NCBI GenBank assembly: GCA_020137815.1 | Contig: CM035354.1 | Span: 7,688,001-7,752,000, forward strand | DNA length: 64,000 bases | From: Hormiphora californensis | Taxonomy: Eukaryota; Animalia; Ctenophora | Direction: 5' to 3' | Shown here: positions 42,683 to 55,426 of the stretch, one piece after another | Position numbering within the stretch: the stretch's first letter is position 1 | Layout: every line of letters starts with the position of its first letter | Translations under genes and position numbers: made by a program | The notes under the pieces: model-generated | Database searches by the model: none | Told to the model about the DNA's origin: nothing | What the model saw: only the letters and a program-made list of their open reading frames with translations

Positions 42683-45409
42683 ATGACAAAGGTAGGAGCT
42701 GTAGGGGCTCAAGTGGAACGTGGGGAGAGTGATGATGAGATTCGACTGGTATGTAGATATCAACCCCTCCTAGACCCTACCTACAGACCCTACCTCCAGA
42801 CCCTATAATAGCCCTAACTCTAGACCCTACCTCATCTCCCCTTCCTCTGTATAAACTAACCCCCCCCCAGATAAACAACAGATTGTTTGCTGATGGTGAT
42901 ACAAGTATGGAGGTGGAGGATGAACAGAAGATAAATGTAGAATACGATGAAACAACTGCTAGCAAGTTAGTACACCCACTCCCCCCTTGGGGGTTGATCT
43001 CTTGTAGATCAGGTTCGCATCTGGTTTTAATCCTATACATCTACAACTGACACACCACTGATATAACCCCTCCCCTCTTCCATTCCACTTGTACTCTTTT
43101 CACCCTCCTCCCTAATCGACCCCTTGACACCAGCTCCACTTCCTTGCTGAGTTACTCAACAACCACTTCCTGTAGGTTCAGCTGGAGGAAGCTAGCAGTG
43201 TACATGGGGCCTGGGTTCCTCATGTCTATAGCCTACCTGGACCCAGGTAATATAGAGTCGGACCTACAGGCGGGTGTAGTGGCTGGGTACAACCTTCTGT
43301 GGCTCCTGCTTGTAGCACACTGCCTGGGATTTCTCTTACAGTGCTTAGCAATCAGGTAACTACACTTGTACCAAACTAACAAACCTTTCATCAAGTGCAG
43401 AGTATCCTGTCTGGCGCCGCGACCCCATCTGAGCGCACACATTTGAGAATCAAATCGGGGTCTAGTACCGCCTGACAGAGAGTATCTGTTCTATCCTAAC
43501 CCCATTATATTATCTCTCAGGTTGGGAGTGGTTACAGGTAACCACTTGGCTGAAGTGGCACGTGCACAATACCATGTGGTTCCCCGTGTTGTTCTCTGGC
43601 TCATGATCGAGATAGCCATTATTGGATCTGACATGCAGGAGGTTATTGGTAAGTTCACACTCTAAACATTAGTTTAGTTAGACAGCACTTGACTAGACTA
43701 GATTGATTTTTTGATTGATTGAAGAAAGTTAATATTGAACAAAATATAGATATCAATGATGAGATCTTGTTCAGGATTAAATAGGGAGGAAAATTAGAAA
43801 AATATCTGGCGAGGGCCGGGCTCGAACCGACAACCTCTGGGTTTCGCGTCCATTGCTCTACCTATTGAGCTACCCCGTAGTGAAATTAGCAGCCAGAGAA
43901 GATATTAAAAATCTTGTTCCGACAAAATATAGAAAATTGGAAAATAAACACACTATAAAACAGTCCGTAATTTAGTCCGTCCCCGTGCGAGGAAAATCGC
44001 TAGTCACACTCAAAACAAAAGGCACGCAAAACAGTTTCTCGAAAATCCACAGGCTTGTGGGGAAGATAGTTCCGCAGGAATTTGAAGCTGGAGGATGGAT
44101 ATGTGTGTAGGAAAACAGGAACGTTGAAAGGATCTAAAATGGGATAAGCTAGAAGGGAAGTAGGTGCCACCTCATCCCGAGGGGAGCACCGCTCACACCA
44201 GGCCCTCCCCAAGCGAAAGGGCCGTGGTTGTTAGGGTTAGAGCTAGAAGGGAAAGAGATCCCATCCTTCTCAAGGGGAGCACCCAGGGCGAACGAGTTCG
44301 CCCGGCAAGGTCAATTGACTGTAGTTCGATCAGACCGGGCGACCCACTCAAACCAGGCCCTCCCCAAGCGAAAGGGGGTGTTTTTGTTAGATATCAAGCT
44401 ATAAGCATATCTCAATTGTGTTAAGGAAAATTTAATAATCTGTTAATAAAGGTATATAAGCAGTATATATATACTGACCGGGGGGGGGGGGGGGGGGCAG
44501 GTGGAACATGAGCCGGTCTATTATTCGTGTTGGTATGTGTGTGTGTGTCATGTCAGGAGGTATTTTGTGTCATAATAGTTACCTATTACACGTCCTGGTC
44601 CATTATTATAAACCATCACTTCTCCCACGTTCATCACAGTCTGATTCTTCTCCCTGTCATTAGTCAACTCTCTCACGTGATCATACAGAACTACACCATT
44701 AATTGTCTCCGATAGAGGACGATCACAGATTATGGTATAAGTCTGGTCTTGCAGGGAGTCCCCCTTAGGACCCACTGAGTAGATAGTTCCACAGTAGAGG
44801 TATGTACTGTGTGATTTTAAATGACTGAGACTGGTATATTGCAAATTGCGTGAAAACTATGGCATCTTTCGACTTCAAATTTTGGGACATGATAAAACTA
44901 GGTTGTAGCAATTTTCTCCTAGTTTTACAGCAAATTTCAATGTTCCTGAATGAATCTATTGCCCAAAAACCTCATCCAACTTTACACAGCCATATCTCTA
45001 GAGTCTAATGAGATAGAGTGTTCAAATTTTTAGGAGAGACAGATAAGACGATTTCGAATGTTTTGTCTGCTTTACGAGTTGCTACATTTTACCATTTGTT
45101 CACAGGAACTGTTTAAAGTGATGTAACACGCTCTAATTAGGCCAAATTTAGGTCATTTTACCCCTCAAAGATCACATGTCCAGCTGCATCTAGTGGGCTA
45201 ATGAGGCCTTGAACACGCATACGTCACGTGTTACTATAGGGCTACAGCTCTCCTTTTCCATCTTGAACCAGCAGACATGATCATGGTGTCTGGAAGTGGT
45301 AACAAGCTGTAGAAAACCAGACAGACTAGATGCTCTCTACTTCAACGTATCACTCTCTCCCTTTCTCGTTATAAGGTCACGTGACTGGAATTGGGATCTC
45401 GACATGAGA

Positions 45410-45472
<63 letters not shown>

Positions 45473-48400
45473 TGTGTGTGAGAGAGAGAACGCTTTGTAG
45501 ACATTGTGGTCATGTCGAGATCCCAATTCCAGTCACGTGACCTTATAACGAGAAAGAGAGAGAGAGTGATACGTTGAAGTAGAGAGCATCTAGTCTGTCT
45601 GGTTTTTTCTACAGCTTGTTACCACTTCCAGACACCATGATCATGACTGCTGGTTCAAGCTGGAAAAGGAGAGCTGTAGCCCTACTGGCCTACTGCAGTA
45701 ACACGTGACGTATGCGTGTTCAAGGCCTCATTAGCCCACTAGATGCAGCTGGACATGTGATCTTTGAGGGGTAAAATGACCTAAATATAGCCTAATTAGA
45801 GCGTGTTACATCACTTTAAACAGTTCCTGTGAACAAATGGTAAAATGTAGCAACTCGTAAAGCAGACAAAACATTCGAAATCGTCTTATCTGTCTCTCCT
45901 AAAAATTTGAACACTCTATCTCATTAGACTCCAGAGATATGGTTGTGTAAAGTTGGAGGAGGTTTTTGGGCAATATATTCATTCAGGAACATTGAAATTT
46001 GCTGTAAAACTAGGAGAAAATTGCTACAACCTAGTTTTATCATGTCCCAAAATTTGAAGTCGAAAGATGCCATAGTTTTCACGCAATTTGCAATATACCA
46101 GTCTCAGTCATTTAAAATCACACAGTATATCTTAGGGAGGTGCTGGAAGATTCATTGAACTCCCCTGAACCGGGGATTAGTCTGACTTCAGTTCCTAGTA
46201 TACGATCAGTAGCGGATGAAGTTTCGCCTGCATCTTCCAATCTAAACAGAAATTGTGGTAATAGCACTGATCACAGGAAGGCCTTCAAACATCAGAATTA
46301 ATATTAAGAGATAATTAAACTGCTGCTTCTCACCTGTTCACAATTACAACTGCTATATTGTTAAATGGTCTGATGTTTGTAGCAAATATCACGTTTAACC
46401 ATTGTGGATCCCCTCTTCTTGGCTCGGAATGAAAACGTGTATAGTTATCACCATCTATAGCTTTATCTGCTGTTTCTCCGTCTACAGCATTCACACTGCT
46501 TGCACGTGCTGAACTGATATCCACTTGAGTAGTACCAATGAACGCTGGTAGAAGAAGAAGGAGTAGGGCTGAGACTCTCCCTCTCATTATATCAATCAAA
46601 CTACATGCCTATAAGATGTGATTTTAACTCATTGAAGTTTATCGATGTTGGTATCTAACTAAGATAATATTTTCTAAGTTTACCCTACACACTAGGGGGT
46701 GCTATTTGAAATTTGCATCACTGAAATCCATAAGTTAAGACGGATTCTGGTAGAGTAGGCCCTAATTAGCAAGTGTACGAAAGGGGAAGGTCTAGATCTT
46801 TGTAATCTCTGTGTTCAGGGGGATTTTGTAGATAAGAAAAAGTTTAGAACTTATCCCCTAAAAACGACTGTTCCCGATATCTTAGAGCTCTAAAACTTTG
46901 CAGATCGGCTTTATATGATAAAATACAAAGTTGGTAAAAATTTCAGACCTTTAGCTCAAAATTCATTTTCATGACCGGAATGAACTTTGTTCATTCTCTC
47001 AATCAGGAGTCCATTTGACTTCAGAATTTTATTAGAAATGTTTGGCAATCGATTATCTGCAAAATGCGACCAACGAGAGCCAAAACGGACCACCACAAGA
47101 CACGCGGTGATCTGATCTCCAAAGTCGGTCAGGACATTCATAATCCTTGCCAAATATGACCTAGTTTTGCACGGTTGCCGACATCGGATAGGTCTAAAAT
47201 TTAGCACAGTGGCTCTAAACAATGTGTAGATGAGATTAGCAAAGTTTCAGGCTTAAAGCTCAAAATTCATTTTTATGACTGGAATGAACTTCGTTCATTC
47301 TCTCAATCAGGAGGTCATTTGACTCCAGAATTTCAATAAATGTGTTTGGCAATCAATAAACTGCCAAATGGGATCGGATCACATTGGAGAATCTGACCCA
47401 GCACCCGATGGATCAGATCACATTATAGAAATCTGGTCCACCAGCCCATGGATCAGATCACATTATAAGGATCTGGTCCACCACCCATGGATCAGATCAC
47501 ATTTTAGGGATCTGGTCCACCAAACCATGGATCAGATCACATAACAGGGATCTTATCCACCAACCCATGGATCAGATCACATAACAGGTATCTTATCCAA
47601 CACCCCATGGATCAGATCAAATTAAAGGGATCTGATCTACCACCCATGGATCAGATCACATTATAGATATCTGATCCACCACCCCATGGATCAGATCATA
47701 TTATAGGGATCTGGTCCACCAACCCATGGATCAGATCACATAACAGGGATCTTATCCATCACCCCATGGATCAGATCACATTTTAGGGATCTGGTCCGCC
47801 AACCCATGGATCAGATCACATTATAAGGATCTGGTCCACCACCCATGGATCAGATCACATTTTAGGGATCTGGTCCGCCAACCCATGGATCAGATCACAT
47901 TATAAGGATCTAGTCCGCCAACCCATGGATCAGATCACATTATAAGGATCTAGTCCACCACCCATGGATCAGATCACATTTTAGGGATCTTATCCACCAA
48001 CCCATGGATCAGATATCATGTTAGGGATCTGGTCCACCACCCATGGATCAGATCACATTACAGGGATATGATCCACGAACTCATGGATCAGATCTCATTT
48101 TAGGGATCTGATCTACCACCCATGGATCAGATCACATTATAGATGGGTTGGTGGACCAGATCCCTAAAATGTGATCTGATCCATGGGGTGATGGATAAGA
48201 TCCCTGTTATGTGATCTAATACATGAGTTAGTGGACCAGATCCCTATAATATGATCTGATCCATGGGGTGGTGGATCAGATATATAATGTGATCTGATCC
48301 ATGGGTGGTAGATCAGATCCCTAAAATGAGATCTGATCCATGGGGTGGTGGATCAGCTCTCTTTAATTTGATCTGATCCATGGGGTGATGTTATGTGATC

Positions 48401-51400
48401 TGTTATGTGATCTGATCCATGGGTTGGCGGATCAGATCCCTATAATGTGATCTGATCCATGGGTGGTGGACCAGATCCTTATAATGTGATCTGATCCATG
48501 GGTTGGCGGACCAGATCCCTAAAATGTGATCTGATCCATGGGGTGATGGATAAGATCCCTATTATGTGATCTGATCCATGGGTTGGTGGACCAGATCCCT
48601 AAAATGTGATCTGATCCATGGGGTAGTGGATCAGATCCCTATAATGTGATCTGATCCATGGGTGGTGGACCAGATCCTTATAATGTGATCTGATCCATGG
48701 GTTGGCGGACTAGATCCCTAAAATGTGATCTGATCCATGGGGTGATGGATAAGATCCCTATTATGTGATCTGATCCATGGGTGGTAGATCAGATCCCTAA
48801 AATGAAATCTGATCCATGGGGTGGTGGATCAGCTCCCTTTAATTTGATCTGATCCATGGGGTGATGGATAAGATATCTATAATGTGATCTGATCCATGGG
48901 TGGTGGACCAGATCCTTATAATGTGATCTGATCCATCGGGTGCCGGGTCAGATTCTCCAATGTGATCCGATCCCATTTGGCAGTTTATTGATTGCCAAAC
49001 ACATTTATTGAAATTCTGAAGTCAAATGACCTTCCTGATTGAGAGAATTAACAAAGTTCATTCCAGTCATAAAAATGAATTTTGAGCTTTAAGCCTGAAA
49101 CTTTGCTAATCTCATCTACCAGATCCCTAAAATGTGATCTGATCCATGGGTGGTGGACCAGATCCTTATAATGTGATCTGATCCATGGGTTGGCGGACCA
49201 GATCCCTAAAATGTGATCTGATCCATGGGGTGATGGATAAGATCCCTGTTATGTGATCTGATCCATGGGTTGGTGGACCAGATCCCTATAATATGATCTG
49301 ATCCATGGGGTGGTGGATCAGATATCTATAATGTGATCTGATCCATGGGTGGTAGATCAGATCCCTTTAATTTGATCTGATCCATGGGGTGTTGGATAAG
49401 ATACCTGTTATGTGATCTGATCCATGGGTTGGTGGATAAGATCCCTGTTATGTGATCTGATCCATGGGTGGTGAATCAAATCCCTAAAATGTGATCTGAT
49501 CCATGGGTGGTGGACCAGATCCTTATAATGTGATCTGATCCATGGGCTGGTGGACCAGATTTCTATAATGTGATCTGATCCATCGGGTGCTGGGTCAGAT
49601 TCTCGAATGTGAATCAATCCCATTTGGCAGTTTATTGATTGCCAAACACATTTATTGAAATTCTGGAGTCAAATGACCTCCTGATTGAGAGAATGAACGA
49701 AGTTCATTCCAGTCATAAAAATGAATTTTGAGCTTTAAGCCTGAAACTTTGCTAATCTCATCTACACATTGTTTAGAGCCACTGTGCTAAATTTTAGACC
49801 TATCCGATGTCGGCAACCGTGCAAAACTAGGTCATATTTGGCAAGGATTATGAATGTCCTGACCGACTTTGGAGATCAGATCACCGCGTGTCTTGTGGTG
49901 GTCCGTTTTGGCTCTCGTTGGTCGCATTTTGCAGATAATCGATTGCCAAACATTTCTAATAAAATTCTGAAGTCAAATGGACTCCTGATTGAGAGAATGA
50001 ACAAAGTTCATTCCGGTCATGAAAATGAATTTTGAGCTAAAGGTCTGAAATTTTTACCAACTTTGTATTTTATCATATAAAGCCGATCTGCAAAGTTTTA
50101 GAGCTCTAAGATATCGGGAACAGTCGTTTTTAGGGGATAAGTTCTAAACTTTTTCTTATCTACAAAAACCCCCTGAACACAGAGATCACAAAGGTCTAGA
50201 CCTTCCCCTTTCGTACACTTGCTAATTAGGGCCTACTCTACCAGAATCCGTCTTAACTTTTGGGATATCTGCAAAAAAATTTCCCCCAAATAGCACCCCC
50301 TGTGTACACACACTTGTATTACTCATTTGACAGGGATCTAACACTAAGAGTCGTACTAAGCACAAGCAGAGTTCACATTGTATGCTCCTGCTTCTCTGTG
50401 TACTCCACATACCACTCAGGGAAACAGAGCAGCAGCCCTGGGCGATGTGTCCCTTTCTTTCCGCTCACTACCTATCTCTCTCTGATTAGAGATACCATCG
50501 TGGCCTGGTATAGCACCAGCTCCCCAACCAGTGCATTGGGCCAAAGCAGCTAGGCAATATACCGACCATTTTTCTTACCCGCCCGAGGCTAACGCCGAGG
50601 ATCCGCCCAGCAATGGGATGATGCCCTGCAAAGGGATGGTGCCCAGAAATGGGATGATGCCCTGCGAAGGAATGATGCCCAGCAATGGGATGCTGCCCAG
50701 AAATGGGACGATATCTGACAAATTACTTTACTTTATAAAAGCGCCAGATAATATTCTCTCACTCTCTCTCTAATTCAGTACTCTCTATCTCCCCGCAAAT
50801 CCGTGCTCCATATAATATCCCCTATTCTCTCACTCTCTCTCTAATTCAGTACTCTCTATCTCCCCGCAAATCCGTGCTCCATATAATATCCCCTATTCTC
50901 TCATTCTCTCTCTAATTCAGTGCTCTCTAACTCCCTGCTTATCTCCTTCTTTAAACAGTTGGAAACATAAAAAACCCGCCACCCCGCCCCGCCGCCCCAC
51001 CCCGCCCACCCTAACTTTAATATTAGAGGGATTCATAATGATTGACACTTGGCTATTATCCCCCGAATTACGAGTCAGGACCAAATAAAACATGCTCTAC
51101 CATTTAGTATGGAAATTTTGCGATCGGAAAACAGTTTTTATATGTATTCCAGTTGAAGATATATTGCCACCTTGACACCAGAAATAGCTTAGTGTTGTTA
51201 CTCGCAGACACCCAAAATTCATATGAAACAAGGACGGAACAGCACATGATAACAGACACACAAACATACAACAGAATAACAAAGCAAACGAAGGACCTTA
51301 TGAAAACTCGACAAAGTACCAGAACAGCCACTCACATAATAACCCAGCATGGAGAAAACAACCACCATCTAGGCAAAATAGGAAAAACACAAAACGGCTT

Positions 51401-54400
51401 ATGCACATTATGCCAACAGGAGGAAGAAACGGTAGAACATATTATTTGCAAGTGTCCAGCGATAGCACAAAAAAGGGAAGAGCTCTCAGGAAGTGCGTAC
51501 CTTAGTGATATATATTCAACACTGAGAAACAACCCACTAAAAGAAGCAATCGACATAATGCTGTTGTTCCTGAAACGAAAGAAATTAATCATAAACGACA
51601 CAGCAGACTAGAGATCCAAACTACCAACACAACCAGAACACACAAATTAAACAACAATCAAACAAAAATTAACAAACAAATACCTAGAAACCAGTACAAC
51701 AAAAATCAAAAGGAAGGACTGCAATGTGTACAACGACATAGAAGCACGCAATGCAGCGCATCTCAAAGACGACTGCTGCAACCCCCCTCACCTCCCCCGC
51801 AGCAGTCGACTTTCCCCACCAGGGATATGCCCCCCCATAACCCTTCCCATTTCTAGTCGGCCCCACAAATGGGAACTCCCCCCCCCCCCCATACCTTACG
51901 GCCATCATTAGCGGTGCTGGTATCACTAAGTGATTGGCCCTGTGCGTAGGGTCCCCAACAGGGGTTCACGCCCATGGCAACCGCTCCTATCAAATCAAAA
52001 AAATAAGCACAAGCACAGTAAATAAAAGGAGGAAGGCAGCCTTTAGTAATGAGGAAAAGGATGGAGTTTATATAGCTCTCGCATTCCCTTCTATAGAGAA
52101 TTCATCCCTCTCTGTCTTGATAATGGGGGGGATTGTGATCATTGAAAAGAACCATTGGGTTAGAGCATCCATTGTGTTCTTATAATATTAATAGAGATGA
52201 TAGAGAGGAACACAATAGATTTTACACTGACAGAGAAGCAAGCAGGAGATCATGTCCCTGAATCTAAGCTAAGCGATGTGTCTATCTCTCAACACCTGTC
52301 TATTATAGTGAGCTATCCACAAGCATTCAGATTCAATAGGGTACTAAGAAAACTTAGTATACCAAGAATTGAAGACCGGGACCCGGTTAAGTTGGCCCTT
52401 ATAAATGAACTAAAAACCCCATCAAGTAGGCCCCGTCAACTATAAACCCCCACCCCGTTTAATATTTATAAAGGTGGGGGGGGGGTGCAACCCAAAAAAA
52501 AACCAACCGTACCCTGGATTTTCAAAATTTTGATTTTTTGATTTTTTATCTTTTTTGATTTTTTTTATCTTTTTTGATTTTTTTTTTATTTTTTTAAATT
52601 TTTTTGGGGAGTTTCAAGACCCCAAAAGGGGTCCTGGTTGTTGTGTGGATGCTGGCCTGGTGCTGGGGATCAATGTGTATTTGGTTGTTCAAACTGTTAT
52701 TGGACTGGAGTTATCCGCTGCAGTTATTGGACTTGTTGTAGTGTTTTATTGTATGTATAGTTTGGTGGTGGTATATTTCTTATTGCTAGCTATCGGGGTT
52801 AGGATTCCATTTGATTTTTTTAAATTTTTTTTATCGTTTTTTATTTTTTTATCGTTTTTGATTTTATTTGATCGTTTTTGATCTTTTTTGAACTTTTTTG
52901 TTCAACATTAAACATTTAAAAAAAAATCGAAAACGATCAAAAAAGTTCAAAAAAAATCAAAAACGATCAAAAAAATCAAAAACGATAAAAAAATCAAAAA
53001 CGACCAAAAAAATCAAAAACGACCAAAAAAAAATCAAAAACGACCAAAAAAATCAAAGAAATTTCAATCAAAAACGACCAAAAAAACCAACCATACCCTG
53101 GGTTTCGGAAAAAGTTTGATTTTTTTTGGGGTTGCACCCCCCCCCCCAAGGTGAAATACAACTAATTCTCACTTCTATCCCCAGGCACGGCTATAGCCCT
53201 GTATATCCTCTCTAACAAGGCTATACCGCTATGGGGAGGCGTCCTAGTCACCGTTATAGACACCTTCACTTTCCTATTCCTTGACAAGTACGGACTCCGA
53301 AAGCTGGAGGCCTTCTTTGCCTTTCTCATTGCTGTGATGGCCGCTATGTTTGGATATGAGTACTTTAATCACCTGCCAGACCAGGTACACTATCTATTAG
53401 ATCAAGTGCTATGACGTGTCTATTTCTGTGTGTTTCACTGCTTTACAGCCCCCCCCCACTGCACCACACACCGCCCCAATATCCACACATCTGCAGGTGG
53501 AAGTGCTGAAGGGGTTTATACCAGGGTTCGGGGATGGCAAATGGACACCTGATGTGACGGTCCAAGCTGTGGGCATGATAGGGGCTGTTATCATGCCTCA
53601 TAACTTCTACCTTCACTCTGCACTGGTCCGCTCAAGAGAGGTACGTATCTCCCAAACCTACCCGGACCCCTATTTGTTACACAAGCCATACAGCAGAGAC
53701 CTCGGCCAGATTCGTCTCGATTAGGCACATTATATTGCGTCACAATATTAGCAGATTGATCTTACTTTTGTGAAAGCTGAACTTTTCACCCAAGGACCTT
53801 AGTTAAGAAATCTGACGTGGCGTTTCTTTCTCGTAGCTCATGGCTCTTCTCTCTAGCAGTAAATCTCCTTGTCTATAATTGTTTTCCTCCTCTCCTCCCT
53901 GCTCTCTTTTCCCCGCCTCCGCCACAGTCCACGGTGGTGGTTAGAGGAGGGGTGGGTGTTCGAGGCGTACCCTCCAGCTAACAGCTAGATCATTGCTCTC
54001 AGATACATCACCACGTACAATAAAAAATATCAATTTATAGCGCACCCGCCGGGTGTACCTCAAGTAAGGGCTTTTATAGATGATATTATAGAGACTAACA
54101 GTAACAACTAAAAACGCGTGTTTGCAGGTAAACAGGAGCAGTAAAGGGGCAGTGAAGGAAGCAACATTCTACAACTCTATTGAGTCAGGGCTGGCCCTTA
54201 TTTGCTCCTTTGTTATCAATCTGTTCGTAGTGTGTGTATTTGCCAACTCATTCTACTTTGATCATGATACCCAGCAACGATGTTCAAGTTAGTACGGGCG
54301 TTAGTACAATATACATTGTACATATACCCTGAATATTTAGTACACACTGACAATTTCAACTTTCCTCTCTCATCATCCTTTCAAAGCTATTGTGTCCCTA

Positions 54401-55426
54401 CATTCCACCCTCTTCCATATAACCTCCACTCCTTTAGATGAGACATCTCTGGATCTGTACTCTGCTGGAGAGTATCTGGGGTGTGCATTTGGTGGTCCTT
54501 CCAAGTACATCTGGGCGGTGGGGATCTTGGCAGCCGGCCAGAGTTCAACTATGACAGGAACATACTCTGGTAAGTACAGGGTGGTTACTAAAAAGTCACC
54601 AGGACTCATGCTAAAAACAAAATTCGACTGCTAGTAGTCCCACTACTCTAATAAGCCCAATGGAAGGGAAAGGGAAAAGAAATGCTAGAAGAGGGGGATG
54701 GGGAAGTACAATTATTATACGAGTTTCCCAGAAACCTGATGACGACACACCTATGTCCTATATAATCTGTACGAGCTGTCTAGTGGTACCGACCCCATTT
54801 TGATTCTCAGATCGGGTTGGCGCCGCCAGACAGTGTACAAGTACAGCCTTCACAGCTACTAACACCTCTCTCTCTCTTTCTCAGGCCAGTTTGTTATGGA
54901 GGGGTTTGTTAAGATTCACCTTCCAAGGTGGCAGAGAGTCCTGATAACTCGATCTATAGCCATCCTTCCTACTGTGATCCTGGCTGCGTTCTCTTCAAAC
55001 AACATGACCAAGCTGAGCCACATGAACGACATTCTGAATATCCTGCAAAGTATAATGCTACCCTTCGCTCTCCTCCCTATCATACAGTTCACTAATGATA
55101 AGAAGATCATGGGGAGTTTCAAGACCCCAAAAGGGGTTCTAGTTGTTGTGTGGATGCTGGCCTTCCTGGTGCTGGGGATCAATGTGTATTTGGTTGTTCA
55201 AACAGTTATTGGACTGGAGTTATCCGCTGCAGTTATTGGACTTGTTGTAGTGTTTTATTGTATGTATAGTTTGGTAGTGGTATATTTCTTATTGCTAGCT
55301 ATCGGGGTTAGGATTCCATTTTTTCAGCGGTATTTCCCAGACCCAGTCCATTCAACTAGGGCCGGAACTCCTGACGAGAGGACGGCTCTTGTTGCAGGCA
55401 CGTCTGGGACTGTAAATCCAAAATAA
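42683..55426 (+). CDS. SLC11A2: NRAMP/DMT1 (SLC11) divalent metal transporter, multi-exon, with a ~9.5-kb intron (43629-53185)
   Basis: [33 protein letters not shown]; [14 protein letters not shown]; [13 protein letters not shown]; [28 protein letters not shown]; [14 protein letters not shown]11A1 vs A2 orthology cannot be resolved. Confidence 0.95.
43407..43478. mobile_element. Short palindromic MITE family (CTGTCTGGCGG...CCGCCAGACAG), several copies
   Basis: Related copies at 54776-54833, ~56022-56092, ~56292-56412 and 58755-58805. Confidence 0.7.
43807..43880 (-). ncRNA. tRNA-like sequence (tRNA-derived SINE head or tRNA pseudogene)
   Basis: Minus strand ggggTAGCTCAATAGGtagagc...GGTTCGAGCCcgg..cgcca has A and B boxes followed by TTTTT, but the acceptor and anticodon stems are mismatched and position 33 is G. 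Confidence 0.65.
44548..46587 (-). CDS. Nested antisense gene: secreted F5/8-type C / fucolectin(FTP)-like galactose-binding-domain protein, exon 2 interrupted by a foldback element
   Basis: Exon 46587-46334: signal peptide + [20 protein letters not shown]...PQWL.V...VVIVNR. Exon from ~46241: [22 protein letters not shown]|[27 protein letters not shown]. Confidence 0.75.
44807..46125. mobile_element. 1.3-kb foldback element with TA TSD and (GA)n loop
   Basis: Arms 44807-45406 and 45510-46125 are near-perfect reverse complements; TA at 44805-06 and 46126-27. Confidence 0.93.
46688..50304. mobile_element. 3.6-kb foldback (FB/Galileo-like architecture) element with internal ~40-bp tandem arrays
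   Basis: Termini TA-cac(act)agggggtgctatttg / caaatagcaccccctgtg-TA; ~650-bp inverted arms 46733-47395 / 49605-50259; ~40-bp arrays inverted about ~48142; partial arm duplicate 48940-49119. Confidence 0.9.
50752..50935. repeat. ~71-bp tandem repeat x2.5
   Basis: 'attctctcactctctctctaattcagtactctctatctccccgcaaatccgtgctccatataatatcccct' repeated. Confidence 0.85.
51153..52003 (+). mobile_element. 5'-truncated non-LTR retrotransposon (C-terminal zinc knuckle of ORF2 plus 3' UTR)
   Basis: [40 protein letters not shown] is the CCHC motif ending LINE ORF2; A-rich 'tcaaa' tail; second tail copy at 37592-37655. Confidence 0.8.
52476..53147. mobile_element. G-run-terminated TIR element containing a copy of part of the NRAMP last exon
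   Basis: TIR G(n)tgcaaccc(c)aaaaaaa / tttttttggggttgcaC(n), flanked by 'aaggt' on both sides; 52606-52811 is nearly identical to 55111-55321. Confidence 0.65.

Noticed and set aside
42180-42683. NRAMP pre-ATG acceptor as trans-splicing evidence
   Set aside because: A TATA-like box (~42190) and a strong donor (GTAAGT, ~42309) upstream suggest an ordinary cis-spliced 5' UTR intron
47400-49590. CRISPR-like look of palindromic ~29-bp cores with short linkers
   Set aside because: Linkers are ~10 nt, few in type and repeated; no cas genes; eukaryotic intron; the array is part of a foldback element
46956-50035. Identical 88-aa ORFs on opposite strands (46956-47222 and 49769-50035)
   Set aside because: Consequence of the inverted arms; non-ATG start and no transposase motifs
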